A stretch of DNA of 64,000 nt from Flavipsychrobacter sp. (GTDB lineage Bacteria; Bacteroidota; Bacteroidia; Chitinophagales; Chitinophagaceae). This document shows positions 19,395-28,654 of the stretch, in pieces. Numbering within the stretch: the stretch's first letter is position 1; every line of letters starts with the position of its first letter. The notes beneath the pieces were generated by a model. That model saw nothing but the letters and a program-made list of their open reading frames with translations, had not been told where the DNA came from and did no database searches. The DNA lies in contig CBDIBP010000043.1 of assembly GCA_965276955.1 (NCBI GenBank), positions 60,646-124,645 of the forward strand, in the 5' to 3' direction. Position numbers and translations under genes: made by a program.

Positions 19395-20240
19395 ATGATC
19401 ATGGCACATCAAGGAAATAAAGTTTGGTTCATCACAGGAGCTTCACGCGGTTTTGGACGCATATGGACAGAAGCAGCGCTAAAGCGGGGCGATAAGGTAG
19501 CGGCCACAGCACGCAACCTGGACAGCATCGCCGCCCTGAAAGAACAATATGGCGACAACGTGCTGACCCTGGAAATGGACGTGACCAAACCTGAACAAGT
19601 AAAGACTGCAGTTGCGCAGGCACACGCGCACTTTGGCAGGCTCGATATCGTGCTCAACAATGCAGGGTATTCATTGGTAAGTACCATTGAAGAAGCGAGT
19701 GCGGATGATGTGCGGGCGCTCTACGAGACCAACATCATGGGCCCATTAGCTGTTATCCAAGCGGCGTTGCCACTGTTACGGGCGCAGGGTGGCGGCCATA
19801 TCCTCGGCACATCCAGCGGCTTGGGTCATGTTACTATGCCGGTCATCGGTTATTACTGTTCGTCCAAGTGGGCGTTCGAGGCCATTCACGAAAGCCTGGC
19901 CATAGAGGTAAAACCTTTTAACATCAAAGTGACCATCATAGAACCCGGCGCTTATGCAACAGAGTTTGGTAGCCAGGAGTCTCTGAAGTTCGCCGCAGGC
20001 ATGGATATCTATGCAGACATGAAGAACCAGCTGTTCGATGGTTTAAGAAATATGGAAAGAGGAGACCCACAGGCAACGCCAAATGCCATCTTCGCTGTAG
20101 TAGATGCAGAGCACCCGCCACTGCGCATCAATCTTGGCAGCCACAACCTGCCTTGGGTTCGTGGGGCTTACGCACAACGGCTGGCAGAATGGGAGGCCTG
20201 GGCGGAAGTGTCCGATGCAGCGCAGGGATCATCTAAATAA
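19395..20240 (+). CDS. Short-chain dehydrogenase/reductase (SDR) family oxidoreductase
   Basis: TGASRGFG cofactor motif, NNAG, and the catalytic YxxxK (YCSSKWA). Confidence 0.85.
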   Translation: MIMAHQGNKVWFITGASRGFGRIWTEAALKRGDKVAATARNLDSIAALKEQYGDNVLTLEMDVTKPEQVKTAVAQAHAHFGRLDIVLNNAGYSLVSTIEEASADDVRALYETNIMGPLAVIQAALPLLRAQGGGHILGTSSGLGHVTMPVIGYYCSSKWAFEAIHESLAIEVKPFNIKVTIIEPGAYATEFGSQESLKFAAGMDIYADMKNQLFDGLRNMERGDPQATPNAIFAVVDAEHPPLRINLGSHNLPWVRGAYAQRLAEWEAWAEVSDAAQGSSK

Positions 20241-20296
20241 ATAATAGTGATGACCGGTAAGGGGCATGTTACCGGTTATCATTGTAAATTTCCATT

Positions 20297-21214
20297 ATGA
20301 AAAAGGAAGAGACACCCGTAAGGTTCGAGTCGTTATCTGATGCGCACCGCGCCTTTGGTTTGCCTATGCCGAAGCACCCGCTAATAAGCCTGCTCAGCCA
20401 CACTAATGACATGGTAGAGATAGGCAGCACACCACATATCCACGTACTCAATTTCTATAAAATATCGTACAAGCCCCGCCTCAGCGGGAAACTAAAATAT
20501 GGCCAGCATTATTACGATTTTGATGAAGGTGGCCTGCTCTTTGCTGCGCCGGGGCAGGTAATTGGCAATAACGGGAATGAACTGAAAGGATGCTCACAAT
20601 ATGCATTACTGATACACCCTGATTTTTTCCTCAGCTACCCACTGGCCAAAAAGATAAAACAATACGGCTTCTTCTCCTACTCTACTAATGAAGCACTGCA
20701 CCTGTCGGATAGAGAGAAGGAAACGATGCTGTCTATTTTTGGTATCATTGAAGAGGAACTGAACAGCAGGATAGACGATCTGAGCCAGGATATAGTTATA
20801 TCCCAGATAGAGCTGCTGCTTACTTATGCCGATCGTTTTTACAAGCGTCAGTTCATAACCCGCAAAGCGGTGAGTAGCGATCTGCTGCAACAGCTCGAAG
20901 AGTTTTTAGACGAATACTTCAACGACGAAACATCATTAAGCAAAGGTATACCCACCGTGCACTATCTTGCAGACCACCTGCACATATCGCCCAGCTATTT
21001 AAGCGATATGCTGCGCTCTCTTACCGGCCAAAATGCACAGCAGCATATACACAACAAACTCATTGAAAAAGCAAAAGAAAAATTATCTACCACCAACTTA
21101 TCTGTAAGTGAAGTGGCTTACGAGTTGGGGTTTGAGCATTCCCAATCATTCAGCAAACTATTCAAGACAAAGACAGCGCTATCTCCTTTAGAGTTTAGAC
21201 GTTCTTTCAATTAA
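20297..21214 (+). CDS. AraC family transcriptional regulator
   Basis: C-terminal double HTH (VHYLADHLHISPSYLSDMLRSLTG...VSEVAYELGFEHSQSFSKLFK). Adjacent to the SDR gene, as is common. Confidence 0.85.
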   Translation: MKKEETPVRFESLSDAHRAFGLPMPKHPLISLLSHTNDMVEIGSTPHIHVLNFYKISYKPRLSGKLKYGQHYYDFDEGGLLFAAPGQVIGNNGNELKGCSQYALLIHPDFFLSYPLAKKIKQYGFFSYSTNEALHLSDREKETMLSIFGIIEEELNSRIDDLSQDIVISQIELLLTYADRFYKRQFITRKAVSSDLLQQLEEFLDEYFNDETSLSKGIPTVHYLADHLHISPSYLSDMLRSLTGQNAQQHIHNKLIEKAKEKLSTTNLSVSEVAYELGFEHSQSFSKLFKTKTALSPLEFRRSFN

Positions 21215-21225
21215 ACACGTGCTAT

Positions 21226-22599
21226 TTAAGCCCAGGCAAAACTCATAAGTACCCAATTCATTTGTGTGTCCACTACCTGTGCATCGCAATATTCACAATT
21301 GTCCTGGGTAGTATCAGTATATGGTGCCCCGCAAGAGCTGCACTCGTAGCTATACACTACTTCGCCAGCCTTTCCCGTCACATTTTTGCTACGGGTTAGT
21401 TCCATTTTGCAATTGCGGGTCACAAAATTACTATCTATTATCTCCAGCTTTTGCCCAATGCTCACCCGTCTGTAAGTGACCTTTACCATTACAAAGAGCT
21501 TTATAAGTTCGTCCTCTATGGTGTAGTTGCTTAGCGTCACATTGTTTATGTATAGCCTGTCATATACAAAAGGTTTTATTTTCTGTTTATTGGCTATAGC
21601 ATCACCCACCAGCTCATGGCTGGCAAACCTTGACAGGCGTTTTACATCCCCCGTGGTCATAGCATCCATTACCTGCATAAAGATATTAGATGTTATATCT
21701 TCTATACGCTGCAGCGCAAAGAACGGGTCATCGCGCAGTGCTACTTTCAGTTCCGATCCATCGGGCATTGGTGTTCGCCGGCTATAGTCGTTATTCTGTA
21801 TTATTTCGCTGAGCACCCAGTCATAAGCGGCGCTATTGGTAAGTGTATTGCAGTTGGCGCACCTGCTTATCTCTCCCATTTTTACCTCAAAAGGTGCACC
21901 GCAATTTGGGCAGTTATTGTTGTCGTACAAGTTCTTTTCGCTTGTAGCGCTTGTGCGTTTTATGAACGTCCAGTATTCCGTATCAATATCAGCAGGATAA
22001 TTTTCGTTGAACTGCGGGTACTTGCTGCTGGTGAAGCTATCGTTCATCTTGAACGATATGGCCACATCTACCACCAGGTAAGGGCCATCAACTATTGCGT
22101 TCACCACTTCTATATTGGTGATCTGTATATTGCTCAGGATGTTTTTCTGGCCCAGGGCATCCATCATTTTGAACTGGATGCTGGCACGCTGATACATACC
22201 GTCAGACAGCCACTTCCTTACCTTGGTAAGGTCTTTACGCTGCCAGGCGTCCTGTATAGCCAGGAAGGCAGTGACAATTTTATTTTTATCCAGCCCTACA
22301 GGGAATGAGACACCCGGTGTGGTAGATGGTGTACTTGTACTGATAGGCGCCGTCTTTTTTCTCCAATAATTATAGAACACCAATGCGCCAATAACCACCA
22401 ATGAAATAAATGGATGCTCGATGATAAAATATATAAGCAAGGCCATACCGCTACCAGAGCCACTCCCGGAACCACCACTGCTACTATGCCCGCCTGCACC
22501 ACCCATACGGGCATGCACCAGTGCTGGCAATAAGATACAGGAACATAATAATAGGGTTGCAGCCAGTTTACGGGTGGCGCTTATCTTTTTAAGTTGCAT
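21226..22599 (-). CDS. Membrane protein with two Tim44-like domains, each followed by a CxxC...CxxC zinc ribbon
   Basis: Signal/anchor, a Gly-Ser tract and a TM helix come first. Then AFLAIQDAWQRKDLTKVRKWLSDGMY... (Tim44-like), CPNCGAPFEVKMGEISRCANC, a second similar domain, and CSSCGAPYTDTTQDNCEYC. Confidence 0.55.
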   Translation of the reverse strand: MQLKKISATRKLAATLLLCSCILLPALVHARMGGAGGHSSSGGSGSGSGSGMALLIYFIIEHPFISLVVIGALVFYNYWRKKTAPISTSTPSTTPGVSFPVGLDKNKIVTAFLAIQDAWQRKDLTKVRKWLSDGMYQRASIQFKMMDALGQKNILSNIQITNIEVVNAIVDGPYLVVDVAISFKMNDSFTSSKYPQFNENYPADIDTEYWTFIKRTSATSEKNLYDNNNCPNCGAPFEVKMGEISRCANCNTLTNSAAYDWVLSEIIQNNDYSRRTPMPDGSELKVALRDDPFFALQRIEDITSNIFMQVMDAMTTGDVKRLSRFASHELVGDAIANKQKIKPFVYDRLYINNVTLSNYTIEDELIKLFVMVKVTYRRVSIGQKLEIIDSNFVTRNCKMELTRSKNVTGKAGEVVYSYECSSCGAPYTDTTQDNCEYCDAQVVDTQMNWVLMSFAWA

Positions 22600-22632
22600 T
22601 GATAACTATGATATGGTCTGAATAAAATAAGA

Positions 22633-23718
22633 TCAACCAAGAGGTGGTGGCACATTGGTGAACAATGCCGCCAGCTCGCTGACGCTGTCGGCCGCTGCCC
22701 AGCCAGCCATGCCGGCTTTCCACATAAGTGTATCCCTTTTCACAGTTCCGCTTTGTATCATTTGCTGCACTTGTTGTGCATCAAAAGGACCTGCCTGCTG
22801 CCCATTGACACCAGTAAAATAATGAATGGCAGTGGCCAAAGGTGGTGGCACCGCACCAGCCTGCGTGTGTTGTGCAGACTGAGAAAACGCATTGGCCATC
22901 ATATTGCCTACCCCAATACCGGCACCAAGGCCAGCACCAATACCGCCTGTGCCTTCGTTGCCGGCAGCTATCTCTATGCTTTGCGCAGTTTTGAACTGCG
23001 TAAGCTTTTGCATGTCTATCTTGTTCAGCCTCGAGTATTCGAAGATCTCTTTCTTTACCTCGTCAGGCATAGACACATTCTCTACCAGGAAGTTGGTGAT
23101 CTGTATGCCATATGCATCAAAATCTGCATTCAGTTTATCCAGCAACAGCGCCGAAAGACTATCCAGGTTAGATGCGAACTTATCTATAGTGATATTGCCA
23201 GCCGCTGCCGCATTGGTGAAGCGGGTGGTGATGATACTTTTTAATTGTCCCGCTATTTCGCCGGTCGTATATTCCTGTTTTATGCCTGCTATTTCTTTAA
23301 GGAATTTGCCTGCATCTATTACTTTATAGGCGTAGGTGCCAAACGCACGTAGCTCTATCATCCCAAAGCGGTCGTCTGATATGGTGATTGGATTCTTTGT
23401 GCCCCATTTCTGGTCGATGGCCTGGCTGGTACTTACAAAAAATACATCGGCCCTGAACGGACTATCGAATCCATATTTCCAGCCTCTAAGGGTGGATAAG
23501 ATAGGCAAGTTCTGTGTCTGAAGCGTGTACATCCCAGGCTGAAATACATCGGCAATAGTACCTTCATTTATGAACACCGCCTGCTGCGCTTCGCGCACCG
23601 TAAGTTTTGCATTGTTCTTGATCTCGTCCTGGAAACGAGGGAATTTCCATACCAGGGTATCGGCATCCTGGTTGGGCCATTCTATAATATCTATGAACTC
23701 GTTGCGGAATATACTCAT
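22633..23718 (-). CDS. SPFH/Band-7 domain protein (COG4260, YdjI-like) with C-terminal GYF_2 domain
   Basis: The N-terminal MSIFRNEFIDIIEWPNQD...LVWKFP...VREAQQAVF is typical of the YdjI / virion-core-like SPFH group. A Gly/Ala-rich linker follows. The C-terminal YFTGVNGQQAGPFDAQQVQQMIQSGTVKRDTLMWKAGMAGW reads as GYF_2. Confidence 0.7.
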   Translation of the reverse strand: MSIFRNEFIDIIEWPNQDADTLVWKFPRFQDEIKNNAKLTVREAQQAVFINEGTIADVFQPGMYTLQTQNLPILSTLRGWKYGFDSPFRADVFFVSTSQAIDQKWGTKNPITISDDRFGMIELRAFGTYAYKVIDAGKFLKEIAGIKQEYTTGEIAGQLKSIITTRFTNAAAAGNITIDKFASNLDSLSALLLDKLNADFDAYGIQITNFLVENVSMPDEVKKEIFEYSRLNKIDMQKLTQFKTAQSIEIAAGNEGTGGIGAGLGAGIGVGNMMANAFSQSAQHTQAGAVPPPLATAIHYFTGVNGQQAGPFDAQQVQQMIQSGTVKRDTLMWKAGMAGWAAADSVSELAALFTNVPPPLG

Positions 23719-23905
23719 AGTGGTTCGAGGTTAATTATTGTGTAAATATAGGCAAATACAGCTGTGAGAAAAGAGCATATCCCGAACTTTGAATGAGCTC
23801 TGTTTTGATAATGAATATGACCGATCACGGACGTACAAAACACCATCGAAATGCGCAAGTCAATACCTTGATCGAGTACCAACTTCCCTGAGCTAATATA
23901 GATAA

Positions 23906-24274
23906 CTACAACTTAAAGTGCGGATTACAAATGACCCCGAATACATTGCCCATAGGGTCTGTAACTGCGGCTACTACAATGCCGCCACCTACATCCTGGG
24001 GAGCGTTCAGTGGTTGTGCGCCGGCATTCAATAGGTTAGCGTATGCATCGGCCACGTCATCTACTCCCCAATAGGTAATAGCTGCACGTGGTTCCATATC
24101 GGTATCTTCAAATGGCATTAGGCCCAGCTCGTAGCCGGCCACGTTGTAGCCTACATAAAAAGGTTCATCAAAGTAAGGTGCTACACCCAGTACTGTAGTA
24201 TAGTATTCTTTCGCTTTTTGCAGGTCGCTTACATAGTAGCCCACAGTACGGAGCCCTAAAAACGTTGTAGACAT
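23906..24274 (-). CDS. VOC (glyoxalase/bleomycin resistance) family protein
   Basis: From the Met at 24274: MSTTFLGLRTVGYYVSDLQKAKEYYTTVLG. ~122 aa. This start removes the overlap with the upstream gene. Confidence 0.7.
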   Translation of the reverse strand: MSTTFLGLRTVGYYVSDLQKAKEYYTTVLGVAPYFDEPFYVGYNVAGYELGLMPFEDTDMEPRAAITYWGVDDVADAYANLLNAGAQPLNAPQDVGGGIVVAAVTDPMGNVFGVICNPHFKL

Positions 24275-24284
24275 GGGTATAGGT

Positions 24285-24701
24285 TCATTGTTTTTTGTAA
24301 ACATTCCAGCTGGCCACACCGCCGGCAGTATCGCGCAGTATCATCTGGGTAGATGTAATGGTATCTATGTGGTAATATATAACAGCGTAACTGGTATCCT
24401 GGATGGCCAGGAATTGGTTGTTCTGGCTCAGCAACCAGTAAAAAGGTATGGGATACAAGCCAAAGTTGGCGCCAATATCATCGCCCGTACCGTTTGAATT
24501 GAATAGTTTGTACTCGTTGAGCGAATCTACATTGCCCCGCTCACTGGCATCTAATATCCCATTGCCATTTTTATCATATCCCACCTGTTCCGACTTCCAC
24601 TTACCTTCCAGCAGGCTCTTTACACCACCAGACGATTTTTTGCAGGAAACAGATGCACACAATCCAGCCGTTACCAGCATAGCAATTAAAAAGTATCTCA
24701 T
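24285..24701 (-). CDS. Small lipoprotein, function unknown
   Basis: Signal peptide with lipobox (LCASVSC). 138 aa. Confidence 0.55.
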   Translation of the reverse strand: MRYFLIAMLVTAGLCASVSCKKSSGGVKSLLEGKWKSEQVGYDKNGNGILDASERGNVDSLNEYKLFNSNGTGDDIGANFGLYPIPFYWLLSQNNQFLAIQDTSYAVIYYHIDTITSTQMILRDTAGGVASWNVYKKQ

Positions 24702-24726
24702 GGCCTAAAGGTATTTAGGACAAAGT

Positions 24727-25407
24727 TCAGTTAACTTCTTCAACATTCCCAACAGGTATGTTGTTCAGCGCTATATAGCCGGCTTTGATGGCATATACTA
24801 CAATGGATGCTCTATTGTATACCTTGAATTTCTGGAACAGGATATCGCGGTAACCATCTACGGTACGCACGTTCACCTTCATTTTTTCAGCTATCTGGTG
24901 GTAGTTAAGGTCGGTGCAGCAATAGCCGAGGAATTCTACCTGGCGGGCAGTGATGCCCAGCAGCGATATTTCCCTTTTCTTCACCTGGTTCAGTATCTCT
25001 TCGGTAAATATATCGGTGAAGTGATAGCCTTTGTAGTCAATATCCCTTACGGCATTGATCAGGTCGGCAGGAGATGCGGTATACAACAGGTAGCCATTTA
25101 CACCGTTGGCCATCATGCGCAGTATACTGTGCCTTGTATTGAAGGGGGACAAGATGAGGATCTTCATCTTAGGGAACTCTTTTTTTATCTTCCTTACCAA
25201 CTCGTAGCTGGTGAGGCGCTGCATGCTTATATCAATAATGCAAACATCTGGCAACCTGTCGGCAGCCTCAAGATTGTAAAAATACTGCTTGGTATTGTCC
25301 GATTCAAAATCAATAACAATATCCCCAGCCTGCTGCAATAAAGAACAAAGACCTTTACGTACCAAGTTTCTGGTATCGGCAACAGCTACATGTATTGGAT
25401 TACTCAT
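24727..25407 (-). CDS. LuxR/NarL-type DNA-binding response regulator with a degenerate receiver domain
   Basis: The receiver keeps the phospho-Asp context (DVCIIDISM). It has AD in place of the acidic DD pair, and LLY where NarL-type receivers have LLK. The C-terminal LuxR HTH reads LTARQVEFLGYCCTDLNYHQIAEKMKVNVRTVDGYR. Confidence 0.75.
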   Translation of the reverse strand: MSNPIHVAVADTRNLVRKGLCSLLQQAGDIVIDFESDNTKQYFYNLEAADRLPDVCIIDISMQRLTSYELVRKIKKEFPKMKILILSPFNTRHSILRMMANGVNGYLLYTASPADLINAVRDIDYKGYHFTDIFTEEILNQVKKREISLLGITARQVEFLGYCCTDLNYHQIAEKMKVNVRTVDGYRDILFQKFKVYNRASIVVYAIKAGYIALNNIPVGNVEEVN

Positions 25408-25572
25408 GGGTTACTAAAATAATATGGATTTGTAAAATTATTTTTAATTTTTGTATATTATTGTTTTTCTATTGTTAATATGCGATACACACCTAACACT
25501 ATCCACATAGTGGATGCGTAAGTAATTGATTTAGTAGCAACTAAGAAGAATTGATAAATATTCGCAAGGAAA

Positions 25573-26709
25573 TTAAAAAGTTTTCCCCGAGGTTAGTCTT
25601 ATCAATGGTTTATTGAGGAATGGTAAAGATTTAAAAATACTCAAGAAAATGTTGTTTGCAAGACTTTTCTCAAAAATATTTTGCAATCTGCGCCCAATGA
25701 ATATACGCAAACCGAAATTTTTGCGCCATTCCGTTCTATATACGGATTCCATATGCGCTCGGTTTTTTGTAGCAAAATATCCTGTCAGCGCGCCGTGGGC
25801 TATGTTCGCAGTTCTAAATGCTATGCTCATACCGTTTCCGCAAAGCGGTGTTATCATCCCTGCGGCATCACCCAAAAGGAGAACATGGTCGCGTACAGAT
25901 TCTTTTTTGCGAAAACTGACCTGAGATATGGTTATCGGTACTTCGTTCAAAAAAACAGCGTCAGAAAATATTTTCTTCAAGGCCGGGTTTTTCATCAGCA
26001 CATTGCGCTCCATCTCCTTTATATCATTGCCGTTCTCTTTTAAGTTGGCAGCAGTGGTCAGGTAGCAGAGGCAGCATTTATCGTCTTCTACTTGCGATAT
26101 GCCACAATAGCCACCCTCAAAGTTGTGCAGGGCTATCATGTTGCGCTGCCACGGTATACGCACATGGTATTTTATACCTATGTAGTTGCCGGTATTCTTA
26201 TGTTTCTCTTTTACAAATGGCCGCTGCCATTTTACATCTATATTGGCCCGCTTGCCCCATGCGCCACATGCTATTGCAGCTGTGTAGCCGGCTCCTGCTG
26301 CCTGTATGGTGAAACTGTTATTATTATGAACTACATCATCTACACGGGTCTTTACTTTCAGGTCTACCCCACATGCTACGGCCTGCCTGGCCAGCATATC
26401 ATCAAGCATATACCTGCTGATGCCAAAACCACCTTGTGGCAGCGCTGTTTGCAGCTCGCGTCCGCGTGTATCGGTAAAAAGTAAGTGGTTTATCATGGGC
26501 AGGTCCATATCAGTAAGTGGCAGACCTAATCTTTCCAGGAAGGGAAAACTTTCCATGCTGATATACTCCCCACAAACTTTATGGCGTGGATAGTCATCTT
26601 TCTCAAATACAACTACTGAGTAGCTCTGCTTTGCTAATAATATAGATAAGGAAAGACCTGCAAGGCCACCACCTATTATGGCTACATCGTAATTGTTATG
26701 CTCCGGCAT
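25573..26709 (-). CDS. FAD-dependent oxidoreductase/hydroxylase (SrsC-like position in the type III PKS operon)
   Basis: N-terminal dinucleotide fold YDVAIIGGGLAGLSLSILLAK...FEKDDYPRHKVCGE. Overlaps the upstream methyltransferase gene by 14 nt. Confidence 0.75.
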   Translation of the reverse strand: MPEHNNYDVAIIGGGLAGLSLSILLAKQSYSVVVFEKDDYPRHKVCGEYISMESFPFLERLGLPLTDMDLPMINHLLFTDTRGRELQTALPQGGFGISRYMLDDMLARQAVACGVDLKVKTRVDDVVHNNNSFTIQAAGAGYTAAIACGAWGKRANIDVKWQRPFVKEKHKNTGNYIGIKYHVRIPWQRNMIALHNFEGGYCGISQVEDDKCCLCYLTTAANLKENGNDIKEMERNVLMKNPALKKIFSDAVFLNEVPITISQVSFRKKESVRDHVLLLGDAAGMITPLCGNGMSIAFRTANIAHGALTGYFATKNRAHMESVYRTEWRKNFGLRIFIGRRLQNIFEKSLANNIFLSIFKSLPFLNKPLIRLTSGKTF

Positions 26710-27412
26710 TGTATACGCATACTAAGTAACGGAATGCCCATTGATGGGTGAGACGATACGCTTTTATACCCGCACTCTGCAATATTTTTTTCCAGTCGCT
26801 GCGGATAAATGCGCGTTTTACAGATAGCTGTGCATCGTTCTTTACATACGCTGACCGGGAGAATAAAGCGGTCAATATTTTTATGGACCAGTAGGCAGCA
26901 GGGTGGCGGTGAATATCATTTATAAAAAACCCCAGGTTGCTGTTGTTCCTCATCCATTCCAGTTGTGCTGCCAGTTGTGCATCTGTAAAGTGATGGCAAA
27001 AAAGAGATGAGAATATGATGTCTGGCTTTATGCCACCTGGCCATTGAGTAAGTGCATAGTCGCTGCATATCCAGGTAGTATCCCTGTTGCCTGCTTTTCT
27101 TGCTGCATACATGGTGCAGAGGGGCTTCATATCTATACCAATAAGGTGGTGCCTAATACCCCTTGCCTGCAATGCCCTGCGGATAGCAGCAAGGTTATCG
27201 CCACCACCACAGCCTATCTCAGCTATTACTATTGGCCGGTCCCATTCTTTATATTTGTCTAAAAAGTATAATAGTCCTTTTATTGTAACTGTGTGCCCGC
27301 CCAGCAACGTGTTTATGGTATCCAGCTCATTAAGAGTGTTCAGCAGATCCACATAGGGTATCTCTTCTGCATCCAGCATTTCTGGTGTGTGGTCTCTTTC
27401 TTTCAGACTCAT
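26696..27412 (-). CDS. Class I SAM-dependent methyltransferase (SrsB-like position)
   Basis: Motif I IAEIGCGGGDNL. 4-nt start/stop overlap with the PKS gene. Confidence 0.75.
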   Translation of the reverse strand: MSLKERDHTPEMLDAEEIPYVDLLNTLNELDTINTLLGGHTVTIKGLLYFLDKYKEWDRPIVIAEIGCGGGDNLAAIRRALQARGIRHHLIGIDMKPLCTMYAARKAGNRDTTWICSDYALTQWPGGIKPDIIFSSLFCHHFTDAQLAAQLEWMRNNSNLGFFINDIHRHPAAYWSIKILTALFSRSAYVKNDAQLSVKRAFIRSDWKKILQSAGIKAYRLTHQWAFRYLVCVYNAGA

Positions 27413-28503
27413 ACAATGGTCATTATCATGCTTTCCATAGTAAGGCCAGGGCCAAATGCAGCCCCAAATATATGTGCCCCGGTATCGGTGCTATTTGCAT
27501 CCCATATCTCCTTCAGCACAAAGAGTATGGTGGGTGAGGACATGTTGCCATAATTCTTAAGCACTCTATAAGAGTACTCCAGATCTTCATCGGTCAATTG
27601 CAGACCTACCATCAGGCGTTCCAGTATGCGCTTGCCGCCTGGGTGCAGGTCCCAATATTTGATATCGGTAGCTTGCAGGCCAGCCTTTTCCAATGCTCTT
27701 TTTTTCAGTGGCACTATATCGGTCTCGAATATACCGGGCACTTCGCCAGATAAGGTCATCACGAATCCCGTAGGCGATATACGCCAGGTCATGTCGCTTT
27801 GGGAGTTCTTAACCACTTCAGCATAAAAACTATCCAGGCGCAGGCCCGGGCCGGGGTGGTCATCGGCAGTTATCAAAGCAGCGGCACTGCCATCGCCAAA
27901 CAGTACGGGCGATATTATAGAATCTGTATTATACGTTTTTTGAAAATGGATGGTACACAGCTCTGTACATACTACCAGCACTTTAGCTTCAGGGTGTGCA
28001 AGCACTATATCGTTGGCCTGCTTCAGTCCATGCACAGCGGCATAGCAACCCATAAAGTTCACCGTACTGCGGTTTACCGCTGCGGGCAAGTGCAGTGCAT
28101 CCATCAGTGCCAGCTCCAGCCCCGGCGCGCTCATGCCGGTGCAGCTTACGGTAATAAGGTGGGTAATATCGCTTGCCTCAGCTTTGCCATCCAGACATTT
28201 TAGCGCTGCCTGCAGCGATAAGGCACAGGCATGCCGCTCATACCACTCCATACGCTTCTCTACATCAGGAAAAGGCTCCAGGTTGGCATTTTGCGGATAG
28301 AACTCCCATTCGGCCATGTCGGCAGAGTAGTCCTTTATTACAGAATAGCGGGTCTCTATCCCACTTTTGTTGTAGAGGAATTTTAATGCCCTTTTCTCTT
28401 TATCATCAATATCGCCGTAGGCAATGTTCATGAAATTGTAAATGCCATTCTGTTGGTGTGGATGGGGAGGCACTACTGTAGCTATAGATACTATTTTGGA
28501 CAT
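27409..28503 (-). CDS. Type III polyketide synthase (chalcone/stilbene synthase superfamily, alkylresorcinol-synthase-like)
   Basis: Cys-His-Asn triad in the usual contexts: VSCTGMSAPG, WDLHPGGKRILE, YGNMSSPTILFVL. 364 aa. Confidence 0.85.
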   Translation of the reverse strand: MSKIVSIATVVPPHPHQQNGIYNFMNIAYGDIDDKEKRALKFLYNKSGIETRYSVIKDYSADMAEWEFYPQNANLEPFPDVEKRMEWYERHACALSLQAALKCLDGKAEASDITHLITVSCTGMSAPGLELALMDALHLPAAVNRSTVNFMGCYAAVHGLKQANDIVLAHPEAKVLVVCTELCTIHFQKTYNTDSIISPVLFGDGSAAALITADDHPGPGLRLDSFYAEVVKNSQSDMTWRISPTGFVMTLSGEVPGIFETDIVPLKKRALEKAGLQATDIKYWDLHPGGKRILERLMVGLQLTDEDLEYSYRVLKNYGNMSSPTILFVLKEIWDANSTDTGAHIFGAAFGPGLTMESMIMTIV

Positions 28504-28527
28504 TTATATTTTTCAATAGATTTGTTA

Positions 28528-28560
28528 CAAAAGTGCTCATAGTCAATTTATTGTGCTCAT
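28528..28560 (-). promoter_or_regulatory. Candidate promoter/operator of the PKS operon
   Basis: The minus strand reads cacttttg (a -7-like box, plus-strand 28528-28535) about 25 nt upstream of the ATG. The 8-mer gtgctcat occurs at 28533-28540 and 28553-28560, a 20-bp spacing. Confidence 0.3.
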
Positions 28561-28654
28561 GAACATAACAACTATCATAAAATTCGTGCCTGCTGTTTAA
28601 CGCAATAAATGCAGTACAAAAATGTATCTGAAGGATGATGGTAACATCTTGGGG

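Noticed and set aside
25501-25515. Palindrome atccacatagtggat between the PKS operon end and the response-regulator start, considered as a terminator.
   Set aside because: It is a short 6-bp stem with no following T-run on the relevant strand. It could be an operator, but the evidence is too thin to call.
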